Notes under the pieces: model-generated
What the model was told of the DNA's origin: nothing
Seen by the model: only the letters and a program-made list of their open reading frames with translations
Databases searched by the model: none
Shown here: positions 1 to 8,412 of the stretch, one piece after another
Position numbering within the stretch: position 1 is the stretch's first letter
Layout of the letters: each line of letters begins with the position of its first letter
Made by a program: the position numbers and the translations under genes
DNA from: Patescibacteria group bacterium
GTDB taxonomy: Bacteria; Patescibacteriota; Minisyncoccia; Phycocordibacterales; Phycocordibacteraceae
Length of the DNA: 64,000 bases
NCBI GenBank assembly: GCA_038064495.1
Contig: JBBTSZ010000004.1
Coordinates: 5,363 to 69,362 of the forward strand
Direction of reading: 5' to 3'

Positions 1-6
1 CTCACT

Positions 7-1860
7 ATGAAACGAATGACAAGGAACCGCTTTATCTATAGTGTTTTTCTCGGATGTATTTTGTTGCTTCCGTCCTACGATGCGCACGCGGCAATGCTTC
101 AAACCCAATGGGCGAGTTCCTGTCCAGCAGGTTGGGTTTCAACGGGAATTACCGATGATAACTTTGATTCATATCATCATCTCGGCGAGGGTTTTGTACA
201 AGGCGCAATTGTTCAGCTCTGCATCAAGTCTGATGATGCAAGCATAACTCTCTTTTCTGAATGGAATGCAGGCGCAACCTGTTCAACTGACTATTCATTC
301 ATGAATTTGTATGATGACCTTGGCGACACGTCTCAATCGAGCGATCTACCGTCGCTTCACGACACAAACGAAAATAGTTATTTGCCAAGTGGCAGTAATG
401 ATAACCACTGGTGTCTGAAAGCAACTGGAGACAGCTCGACGAGCATAGTGCCTCTTTGGCGTGTCTGGAATAGTTCAAACACAGATGGACCTGGTTGCCA
501 ATCGGATGAGACAGTGATTATGGACGGAATTAATAGCGTATTCAATCTTAATCACGCAGTTCACACAGGAGCGAACGAATCCTCACTTTGTTTAAAGATT
601 GTCAGTGACGGGGCCTGTGGAAGTGCAAACGGTGTTGAAGTATCATCAGCTCCAAGCACTGATTTGTGTCTTGTGGGAACAGCAAGTGCCGTGAGTGGAA
701 CAGGACCATGGACATGGAACTGTACTGGAATAAATGGTGGAGTGACGGCATCTTGTTCCGCACCTAAAACAGCAAGTGTCCCGCCTACGGATCCTATAGT
801 TACCGGTACGGCGACCTACACAAATACCTCATATCCTTTCACGTTTACCTCAACTGATCCAAATGGCGACCCACTATGGTATGGCATTGACTGGAATGGA
901 GATGGAACAACCGACGAACTAGCTCCTGCTTCAGGAACTGTTCCAAGCGGAACACCACAAAGCGTAAACCACCAATGGGCTGTTGCCGGAGACTATGTAT
1001 TTAAAGTGCGTGCTATACGTGGAGCTTCCATAGAATCTGCATGGGTCTCAACCTCTATTCATGTTGAAGATCAAAGTGCTCTGCCAGTAGCGTTGATTAC
1101 TGCATCTCCCGAGACTGTTGCGCCAGGAAATTCAACTACGCTTACCTATACCTGTTCCGGCGGAACGTCAGCATTCATCAATAATGGCGTAGGCACTGTT
1201 GTTCCTGCAACAGGTGGAAGTACGGTAGTAACTCCTGCTCAGACAACAACGTATGAACTTATCTGCACAAACGCAGCAGGTTCAGCTGAAGACTCTGTTG
1301 TTGTGACCGTCGCTCCTCCGGGTTCGTTATCATGTACCGTATCGAATCAAAATCCTGAAGTCGGAGAGCTGATATCGTATACCGTCACTCCTTCGAGTGG
1401 TGCTGCTGGTCCCTACACCTGGGATGACTCAAATGGAGGAACGTACGGAACCGGAAATAAAGCACTTCGTACCATGGAAGCGATAGGAATCTATGCCATG
1501 AGTGTGCAGGGAATGAATGCACCCGAGGCATTCTGTCCGCAGGTAACGGTGGGAGCTAACTCCTGTAGCCAACCTTCTTCAGGCACGATTACTGCAACAC
1601 CAAGTCGGGTAAATCCTGGTGGTAGTACGGTTATCGCGTGGACTCTGAATAGAGGAGTTGGCGTTGCCTGCCACGTGACTGGTCCAGGACTTTCAGTAGA
1701 TATACCAATTCAAGCAACATGCGAAGGACCAATTCCTGTGTATGAAGATAATTCCTCTCCACAAACCATTACTGCACAATCTACCTACGTCATCACTTGT
1801 GATAGTGTTCAAGTCGCGCGTAAGACAGTAAACGTCATACCAGCAGTCAATGAGTTCTAG
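7..1860 (+). CDS. Secreted Cys/Thr-rich surface protein, paralog A (Ig-like repeats, conserved C-terminal module)
   Basis: ATG start; signal peptide MKRMTRNRFIYSVFLGCILLLPSYDAHAA; many Cys; repeated about 80 aa units (SL/ASxxAxP..TxxYxLxCTN); C-terminal about 180 aa homologous to the C-termini of the 2891 and 5726 proteins, ending VNVIPAVNEF. Confidence 0.75.
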   Translation: MKRMTRNRFIYSVFLGCILLLPSYDAHAAMLQTQWASSCPAGWVSTGITDDNFDSYHHLGEGFVQGAIVQLCIKSDDASITLFSEWNAGATCSTDYSFMNLYDDLGDTSQSSDLPSLHDTNENSYLPSGSNDNHWCLKATGDSSTSIVPLWRVWNSSNTDGPGCQSDETVIMDGINSVFNLNHAVHTGANESSLCLKIVSDGACGSANGVEVSSAPSTDLCLVGTASAVSGTGPWTWNCTGINGGVTASCSAPKTASVPPTDPIVTGTATYTNTSYPFTFTSTDPNGDPLWYGIDWNGDGTTDELAPASGTVPSGTPQSVNHQWAVAGDYVFKVRAIRGASIESAWVSTSIHVEDQSALPVALITASPETVAPGNSTTLTYTCSGGTSAFINNGVGTVVPATGGSTVVTPAQTTTYELICTNAAGSAEDSVVVTVAPPGSLSCTVSNQNPEVGELISYTVTPSSGAAGPYTWDDSNGGTYGTGNKALRTMEAIGIYAMSVQGMNAPEAFCPQVTVGANSCSQPSSGTITATPSRVNPGGSTVIAWTLNRGVGVACHVTGPGLSVDIPIQATCEGPIPVYEDNSSPQTITAQSTYVITCDSVQVARKTVNVIPAVNEF

Positions 1861-1923
1861 TCACAGGACGTAGAATAGGGGATAAGCTACGTTCGCACGG
1901 TAGACACTCGCTACAATACCTAC

Positions 1924-2904
1924 ATGCCTCCTGAACAACCACAAGAAAATACCGCCTACGAACAACAGGAAGAAAGTTTGTGGAAAAAGCAGAAAATAGC
2001 GGTTGTGTGTGGGGCTCTCGCCACACTCGTGGTGCTTGCACTGTTTTTCTTCGAGTTCAAGTCACGCCTGATACTACCAGGTGACAACATTGTTATCTCA
2101 GCCGGTTACTTTCGAGTGAGTCCGTTGTATATCGTCAACAAAGCGACAACAACACCAGTGCTCGTCAGTTACGGTGGAGTCGAGAAGAAAGCATTTGATA
2201 TGCTTATACTCAGTGATGGCTCCAAACTTTATTCTCTTCGTGAAGAGAGTGATGTACCGTCTTTAAATATCTACCGGGTGGATATCGAAGGTACCGTTAC
2301 ACAATTAACAAACAGCCCGACAGTGAAATTCAATATTTCAGCAGATCCTTCCGAGACGCATATTATTTACGAAGAAATGGTTGCCAAAGACGACCTGGAG
2401 ATATCTACTACTTCTTCGTGGGATATACAGCAACTTGATTTAAACACGCGTGCTGTTGAGCACATAACAAGTGGCGTGCAACCACGATATATACGCTCAG
2501 GTGCTCTTTTGGTCGGTCAAAAGAATGGAGTAGTCCTCTACCACCCCGAGAATCAGTCACGCAAGAGTGCGAGTTCCACCCCGGTGCTTTCTTCCAAAGT
2601 ATATTCACTCTATGCGGTGAGCGCAGAGGGAGAACACGTCGCTGCCTACAACACCAAAACAGGCGCAGTAGATGTATTTGACGTTACGGTGGCAGGGACA
2701 CTTTCCTATGCTTACTCGAGCAAGCCTGAGCACCAACCCTCCAATATCAGCTTCAGTGACGGAGAGCCAGTCTCAGTAGAATCAACCCCGTCTCCTCGTG
2801 GAGTCGTGTATACGGTAACCCGCTATAGCGTAAGCCGTACCGAATGGAACATTACTGGTCCGCAAGGACTTATAGCCCAGCGACTCATATATGCATCACA
2901 TTAA
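1924..2904 (+). CDS. Single-pass membrane protein with predicted beta-rich (TolB/PD40-like) ectodomain, paralog 1
   Basis: Short charged N-terminus then TM IAVVCGALATLVVLALFFF; remainder beta-strand-rich; paralog of 4780..5733; stop overlaps start of next gene by 14 nt. Confidence 0.6.
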   Translation: MPPEQPQENTAYEQQEESLWKKQKIAVVCGALATLVVLALFFFEFKSRLILPGDNIVISAGYFRVSPLYIVNKATTTPVLVSYGGVEKKAFDMLILSDGSKLYSLREESDVPSLNIYRVDIEGTVTQLTNSPTVKFNISADPSETHIIYEEMVAKDDLEISTTSSWDIQQLDLNTRAVEHITSGVQPRYIRSGALLVGQKNGVVLYHPENQSRKSASSTPVLSSKVYSLYAVSAEGEHVAAYNTKTGAVDVFDVTVAGTLSYAYSSKPEHQPSNISFSDGEPVSVESTPSPRGVVYTVTRYSVSRTEWNITGPQGLIAQRLIYASH

Positions 2905-4714
2905 AAGACCACTCTTTTTCATAAGTTTTATTCTCCTCGTTACTGCGCCGGGGCAGGCGTATGCGTTTTCCTACACCCAAGTACACACACTGTGGCAGGA
3001 CCCCGCCTACGTTTCAAACAATGCTCCAGACTACCTTGGTCCAACCTTCCCAGGATGGGGCTTGTTTCCTTTTTTCGCTGACCCGGTAGGACCTTTAGGG
3101 ACATATCCGACCTATGAAGCTATGTGTGACTCGTTTGCCACGGCGCAAGGCTACACGAACACCACTGACTTTTATTGTGTCTACGATGCTCAAATGAGTA
3201 GTTCTAGTTTCGGAACACCGTGTTTTGGCACTGCATGCTCACCGGGCGTAGGAACCATCAACATTTACAATGGCTTTGTTAAATTGTATACAAATCCACC
3301 GACACAGACATCCTATGCAACAATCAGTGCACAGCTTACTGCTCTCTGGACCACGTGGCTTAGCAATGTAGGTCTTGGCATACTCCCGAATCCGCTCCCA
3401 ACCAACCCAGACGTCTGTGACCGGTCAGAAGTATTTAGTGGTCTTATACCGCCGCTTGGATTCAACCCTCCTAACTCAATTCCATTCTACGACAGGTGCA
3501 ATATTTATCATCATGTAGGAATGCCTTCGAGTGTACCCAGTGCTTCGCTTTCCGCTACACCCCCAACAGTAACAGCAGGAAGTAGTGCATTGCTTACGTA
3601 CACCTGTAGTAATGGCGCCACCTCAGCAACCATTGATAATGGTGTCGGGTCAGTTACTCCCGCGGCAGGAGGGAGTGTGCCGGTGACACCAGGCTCTACC
3701 ACCACCTATAGCCTTGTTTGTACAAACGCAAATGGCGCAAGTGTTCCAGCCGTTACAACCGTAACGGTTATCCCTCTCCCAACGCTGCCGGACTTGACTA
3801 CCGGAGCTATCTCACCAACCACTGCAACCGCAGGGCAGTCCACGAGTCTTTCCGCGCCGGTATCAAACACGGGTAATGGGGCAACTGGAGTAGTCTTTAC
3901 TGACCTGTTCCAAAGCGCCACTGACTCATCGGGTAGTAACGCAACCGATATCGGTACGTATCCGAGTATTGCACTCCCTGCAAGCATTGGTAACCTCGCA
4001 CTCCTTTCCTATACCTTCCCGACGGCAGGAACCTACTACCTTCGTGCGTGTGCTGACAAATCATCTAGTGGAAGCCCCGGAGTTATTTCTGAGTCTAATG
4101 CCCTTGGTACCGCAGAAACCAACAACTGTGGCCCATGGACAGCCGTTACGGTTGCTTCTGCGGGAGTACCGAGTGTTTCCTGCACCCCCTCAAATGCAAA
4201 CCCACCAGTTGGCGGAACCGTCATCTATACCGCAACAGTCGGTGGAGGAGCGGGAGCGCCCTTTACGTGGAATCCGTCACTTCCATCAGCTTGTACTGCA
4301 AGTACGGGAAGTACCATCTCGTGTACCTTCACGACGGCAGGCCTCTACGCTATGAATGTGTCTGCTACAGGAGTCGCAGGCTCAGTACCATGTTCTCCAA
4401 ATCCTATTCAAGTTGGTGCCCCATCGTGTGCGGTGCCAGCGAATGCAACACTGACGCCAAGTATGAATCGTGTTCGACAGGGAACCGGCACGACCATTAG
4501 TTACAACGTCACTGGTGGCATCAACACCTCGTGCACTATCACGGGTCCCGGAGCTCCCGGCACCATCAACGCAAATGCCTGTGCCCTGAATCCATCATCA
4601 GGTTCCTTCTCAACTGGACCACTGAATTCACAAGCTACCTACATCATTAGGTGTGACGGCACCGAGCTCTCTCGCACTATCGTGAATATCATTCCGAACT
4701 TCAAAGAGTTCTAG
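2891..4714 (+). CDS. Secreted Cys/Thr-rich surface protein, paralog B (Ig-like repeat + CARDB-like domain + conserved C-terminal module)
   Basis: Signal peptide (…LLVTAPGQAYA); CARDB-like hallmark DLTTGAISPT…ESNALGTAETNNCGPWTAVTV; last about 310 aa about 70-80% identical to the 5726 protein; ends TIVNIIPNFKEF. Confidence 0.8.
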   Translation: MHHIKRPLFFISFILLVTAPGQAYAFSYTQVHTLWQDPAYVSNNAPDYLGPTFPGWGLFPFFADPVGPLGTYPTYEAMCDSFATAQGYTNTTDFYCVYDAQMSSSSFGTPCFGTACSPGVGTINIYNGFVKLYTNPPTQTSYATISAQLTALWTTWLSNVGLGILPNPLPTNPDVCDRSEVFSGLIPPLGFNPPNSIPFYDRCNIYHHVGMPSSVPSASLSATPPTVTAGSSALLTYTCSNGATSATIDNGVGSVTPAAGGSVPVTPGSTTTYSLVCTNANGASVPAVTTVTVIPLPTLPDLTTGAISPTTATAGQSTSLSAPVSNTGNGATGVVFTDLFQSATDSSGSNATDIGTYPSIALPASIGNLALLSYTFPTAGTYYLRACADKSSSGSPGVISESNALGTAETNNCGPWTAVTVASAGVPSVSCTPSNANPPVGGTVIYTATVGGGAGAPFTWNPSLPSACTASTGSTISCTFTTAGLYAMNVSATGVAGSVPCSPNPIQVGAPSCAVPANATLTPSMNRVRQGTGTTISYNVTGGINTSCTITGPGAPGTINANACALNPSSGSFSTGPLNSQATYIIRCDGTELSRTIVNIIPNFKEF

Positions 4715-4779
4715 ACAAAAATCTACTCTGGATTGGGGATTAAAAAAACGACAGCCTGAATCAAGGCTATACTAGACGC

Positions 4780-5733
4780 ATGCCTCCGATACAAAGCATC
4801 CCGGGAATGCCAGCGACCCCATCTTTTACAAATCACCCCAGACACTGGAATAAAAAGATATGGGCACTCGTCTTTGGTGCGATAGCTACTGTTGTAGTAC
4901 TTACGATGTTTTTCCTTGAATGGAAATCAGGACGCCTCCACTTCTCCGAACCAACAATCCTGCTAAGTCCGTCGGAAGCGCCTTTGTTTCAGGCTCTCAC
5001 CATCAATTTAGGTGGAAAAACGACCTCGCCAATTTTGGTAGAAGGCCTTGGTACCGCAGTCGTTACTGATATGGCTCCAAACAAACAGAGAAACTATTAC
5101 TTGATAGCAAACCAATCACTCACTGAATCAAATCTTTATTCTTCAGATTCCCATAACCCGCAAGCAGGCCTGAGTCAGAGAACGTTCTCGCACACCACCA
5201 AATTCAGTCTCTCGTATGACCCGCAATCAGGCGCAGTCGCGTATGTATCGAAAAAGGGTAGTGAACCTGGCGTAATAACGCTTCTCCTGCAGGGCACGAC
5301 AACAGAGAAGTTGCTGGGAGAGGGATCTAATCCAGAGTTTCTGAAAGGAGGATTTTTTGTAACGTATCAAAAAGGTAACGAAGTCCTTTCAGTAAACGTG
5401 CACACAAAAGAGACACACACCCTGTTTACTATTCCCGAGGGAGGCACGTATGCTGTAGACGGAGAAGGACTGCGAGCAGTTGTGTATGATCCGACAACAC
5501 GCACTCTCCAGTATTTCTCACTTGAGGGCATGACATCTGCAAGCTTTACGACGTTTAAGAAAGAAGAAGGAGTAGCTATCCAGAGACGTATTCTAGGAAT
5601 TTCTGGAGACACGCTTGCAAGTCTTATTCAAGCCGAGGAAGGTATCTCTATTACCCTTGGGAAAGACAAACCAGTCTTCTTCGGAGGTGTTACAGCACAC
5701 GAACACTCACGACTGACCATCTATCATGACTAA
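4780..5733 (+). CDS. Single-pass membrane protein with predicted beta-rich ectodomain, paralog 2
   Basis: Same architecture as 1924..2904 (N-terminal tail, TM IWALVFGAIATVVVLTMFFLEW, beta-rich ectodomain); N-terminal regions align; stop overlaps next gene start by 8 nt (ATGACTAA). Confidence 0.6.
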   Translation: MPPIQSIPGMPATPSFTNHPRHWNKKIWALVFGAIATVVVLTMFFLEWKSGRLHFSEPTILLSPSEAPLFQALTINLGGKTTSPILVEGLGTAVVTDMAPNKQRNYYLIANQSLTESNLYSSDSHNPQAGLSQRTFSHTTKFSLSYDPQSGAVAYVSKKGSEPGVITLLLQGTTTEKLLGEGSNPEFLKGGFFVTYQKGNEVLSVNVHTKETHTLFTIPEGGTYAVDGEGLRAVVYDPTTRTLQYFSLEGMTSASFTTFKKEEGVAIQRRILGISGDTLASLIQAEEGISITLGKDKPVFFGGVTAHEHSRLTIYHD

Positions 5734-8116
5734 TACTTCACAACTTCCCGTACTCGGTTTACTTACTTCGGCTGTGGTGATAGGTATATCGTTGTTTGCA
5801 TCGCATGCTGTATACGCGCAAACATACACAGCCGGTTCTTGTGGTGCGACAATAGTATCGAGCATAAATGCTTTTGACTGTAGCTCAAACTATTTGACGT
5901 GTGCGCCTGACCAATTAGGACAAGATCGCATACCTGCAACTAAATTACGAGAGTGTCCCGCGGGAAGCGGCGATTTCTATCTAATTGATCAGCCAGGAAG
6001 ATGTATTGCTGATCCTGTATGCGCCTTCGGAGCACCGTCTGCAAGCATAACTGCGAATCCGGCCTCTATTGTGCGTGGGAATAGCAGTGCTGTTTCCTGG
6101 AGCTCAGCAAATACAACCTCGTGTACGAGTACCAGCTTCTCCACTGGTAATGCTACGAGCGGCACGATAGCGGTATCGCCCACACAAACGACAAGCTACG
6201 ACGTTACCTGTACGGGTCCCGGCGGTTCAACGGGTATAAAAACTGTCACTGTCACCGTCACCGCTCCCGTGTTTGATGCTAGTTGTTCAGTTAATCCAAC
6301 GTCTGCACAAATTGGAGAGACGGTTACGTGGAGTGCCAGCGCATGGAATGGAACCGCACCTTATACATTTTCTTGGATTGGACAAATTATAGAAGGACTC
6401 ACAGGATCCAGTGCATCTGTGTCCTATTCAACTTCAGGTGTAAAGACAGGATCGATACAGGTAACAGACTCAACATCTAATGGAACAAGTGTCAGTCTAA
6501 CCAATAACGACAACAAAATTTGTACGGGACCTGTAATTGCATCAAACATTACGCCCGGACTTCAAGAAGACGGAGGAACACAGTCGGCTATGCAAAATGA
6601 GGCGTACTCCTTTACTAGAGGAGGTTTTCGTGGAGGTATTGGTATCTTCTATGACCAATCATACAGTGCCACCTATGCTACAGTTAAGGCAAATCCTCAG
6701 AACTACTGTATAGATGTAAAACTCTCACAACGGTGTAATCCTCCTCCTGGTTGGGAAGGTTGTAATTGGAGTTTCGATATAGATATTCACCAAGGAACGG
6801 GTCTACGAGACCCTCAAGCGAGCGATCAAGGTCCGTATGTACCGAATCAAAACGGATTTGGTACTTGGAATCAAGCGCGTTTCTTTGGTGCAGTACTTGG
6901 AACACCAGTCTCAGGAGCTCAGACAATTAACCGTTCCTGTGTAAACTCAGTTACCGTTGCCGCCGCCGCAACAACAGCAAATCTTTCTGCAAATCCTATC
7001 TCCATTACGCAAGGCAACTCCTCAACGCTTACATGGTCATCCACAAATGCCACATCCTGTACGAGTCCTGACTTCAATACCGGTGGAGCAGTCTCGGGAA
7101 GTATTTCCGTAAGTCCCTCAGCTGACACTATGTACACAGTAGACTGCACTGGTTCTGGTGCTCCTGCATCAAGTTCGGTAACGGTATCAGTCACCGCGGC
7201 TCAATCTGATCTAACTGCTGCAGCGGTTTCTCCTGCCAGTGCAATAGCCGGTACGCTCGTTACACTTTCAGCACTTGTTTCTAATTCTGGAGTTGCAGGA
7301 ACTGGAGTAGGTTTCACAGACCTGTTTCAGCGGGCCACAGACTCCTCTGGTAGTAACGCGACTGACATTGGTACCTATGCGAATACGGCACTCGCCTCTA
7401 GTGGAAATACAAGTGCAACCATGAATTACTCCTTCCCATCAGCAGGCACCTGGTATGTGCGTGCTTGTGCCGATAAAGCTTCAGCTGGCGACAGCGGCGC
7501 CATCAACGAATCAAATGAAGGAAATAACTGCGGTCCCTGGACCGCCATCACGGTTGCTGCTGCAGGAGTGCCTGCGGTTTCTTGCACCCCTTCAAACGCA
7601 AATCCTCCCGTCGGTGGAACCGTCACGTATACGGCAACCCCAAGTGGTGGGGCGGGAGCACCATTCACGTGGAATCCATCACTCCCGTCTGCCTGTACAC
7701 CAAGTACCTCAAGCACGATTTCCTGTACCTTCACAATCGCAGGCCAGTACGCTATGAATGTGTCTGCTACAGGGGTCGCCGGCTCCGTACCATGCTCACC
7801 GAATCCTATCCAAGTGGGTGCTGCGGCTTGTGGTGTTCCTGCCAGCGCAACCCTGACTCCGGTTAACAACCGTGTTCGTAAGGGCACTGGAACCAGCATC
7901 AATTACAACGTGACTGGTGGCATCAACACCTCCTGTACTATCATGGGTCCAGGAGCTCCAGGCACCATCAGTGCAAACGCCTGTACTCTCAATCCATCTT
8001 CAGGCTCTTTCTCCACCGGCAATCTCTCTGCACAAGCAACCTACATCATTACGTGTGATGGTGTTGAACTCAAACGTACGGTGGTGAACATCATTCCGAA
8101 CTTTGTTGAGTATTAA
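5726..8116 (+). CDS. Secreted Cys/Thr-rich surface protein, paralog C (two Ig-like repeats, CARDB-like domain, conserved C-terminal module)
   Basis: Signal peptide (…ISLFASHAVYA); two repeats SASITANPASI…/ANLSANPISI…; CARDB-like DLTAAAVSPA…ESNEGNNCGPWTAITV; C-terminal module shared with 2891 protein; ends TVVNIIPNFVEY. Confidence 0.8.
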   Translation: MTNTSQLPVLGLLTSAVVIGISLFASHAVYAQTYTAGSCGATIVSSINAFDCSSNYLTCAPDQLGQDRIPATKLRECPAGSGDFYLIDQPGRCIADPVCAFGAPSASITANPASIVRGNSSAVSWSSANTTSCTSTSFSTGNATSGTIAVSPTQTTSYDVTCTGPGGSTGIKTVTVTVTAPVFDASCSVNPTSAQIGETVTWSASAWNGTAPYTFSWIGQIIEGLTGSSASVSYSTSGVKTGSIQVTDSTSNGTSVSLTNNDNKICTGPVIASNITPGLQEDGGTQSAMQNEAYSFTRGGFRGGIGIFYDQSYSATYATVKANPQNYCIDVKLSQRCNPPPGWEGCNWSFDIDIHQGTGLRDPQASDQGPYVPNQNGFGTWNQARFFGAVLGTPVSGAQTINRSCVNSVTVAAAATTANLSANPISITQGNSSTLTWSSTNATSCTSPDFNTGGAVSGSISVSPSADTMYTVDCTGSGAPASSSVTVSVTAAQSDLTAAAVSPASAIAGTLVTLSALVSNSGVAGTGVGFTDLFQRATDSSGSNATDIGTYANTALASSGNTSATMNYSFPSAGTWYVRACADKASAGDSGAINESNEGNNCGPWTAITVAAAGVPAVSCTPSNANPPVGGTVTYTATPSGGAGAPFTWNPSLPSACTPSTSSTISCTFTIAGQYAMNVSATGVAGSVPCSPNPIQVGAAACGVPASATLTPVNNRVRKGTGTSINYNVTGGINTSCTIMGPGAPGTISANACTLNPSSGSFSTGNLSAQATYIITCDGVELKRTVVNIIPNFVEY

Positions 8117-8164
8117 GTAGTCCACAGTTTGTTTGAGGTGTGATATACGTGCTTTACTACGAGT

Positions 8165-8356
8165 ATGTCTCGAGGAATGATACTTATCATGCTTGGTATT
8201 TTGATTGCACTCACTCCCTTTGTTGGGCTCCCCTCAGCAATCTTGGTATTCCTTCTCCCACTTCTTGGAGCGATCGTTGCGTTTTTCGGGGGACTCATTC
8301 GAATAGAAGCAACATCGAGACCGATTCAACCAGAACACATTGTTGGTACGAAGTAG
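8165..8356 (+). CDS. Small two-TM membrane protein (hypothetical)
   Basis: 63 aa, two hydrophobic helices (ILIMLGILIALTPFVGL / ILVFLLPLLGAIVAFFGGL); sits between surface-protein block and ATPase; no homology call possible. Confidence 0.35.
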   Translation: MSRGMILIMLGILIALTPFVGLPSAILVFLLPLLGAIVAFFGGLIRIEATSRPIQPEHIVGTK

Positions 8357-8412
8357 CCACTCACACTGCTCTCACGTGAGCTCAAAACCATCAGTATCGT
8401 ATACTGTAGTGT

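Noticed and set aside
3511-4500. Cluster of overlapping alternative-frame ORFs (3511..3705-, 3706..3987-, 3969..4355+, 4036..4224-, 4135..4500+) inside the secreted protein B gene
   Set aside because: All are fully contained in a long ORF with signal peptide and conserved domains. They arise from GC-rich third positions and Thr/Ala/Gly-rich repeats; an identical pattern recurs inside paralog C (7426..7902-, 7455..7757+, 7582..7866+), as expected for frame artefacts of homologous sequence.
4135-8116. Recent gene conversion/recombination between the C-terminal modules of paralogs B and C
   Set aside because: Although the proteins are 70-80% identical, nucleotide identity is interrupted every few bases by synonymous changes (longest exact run about 24 nt). 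This argues for old duplication under purifying selection, not recent conversion.
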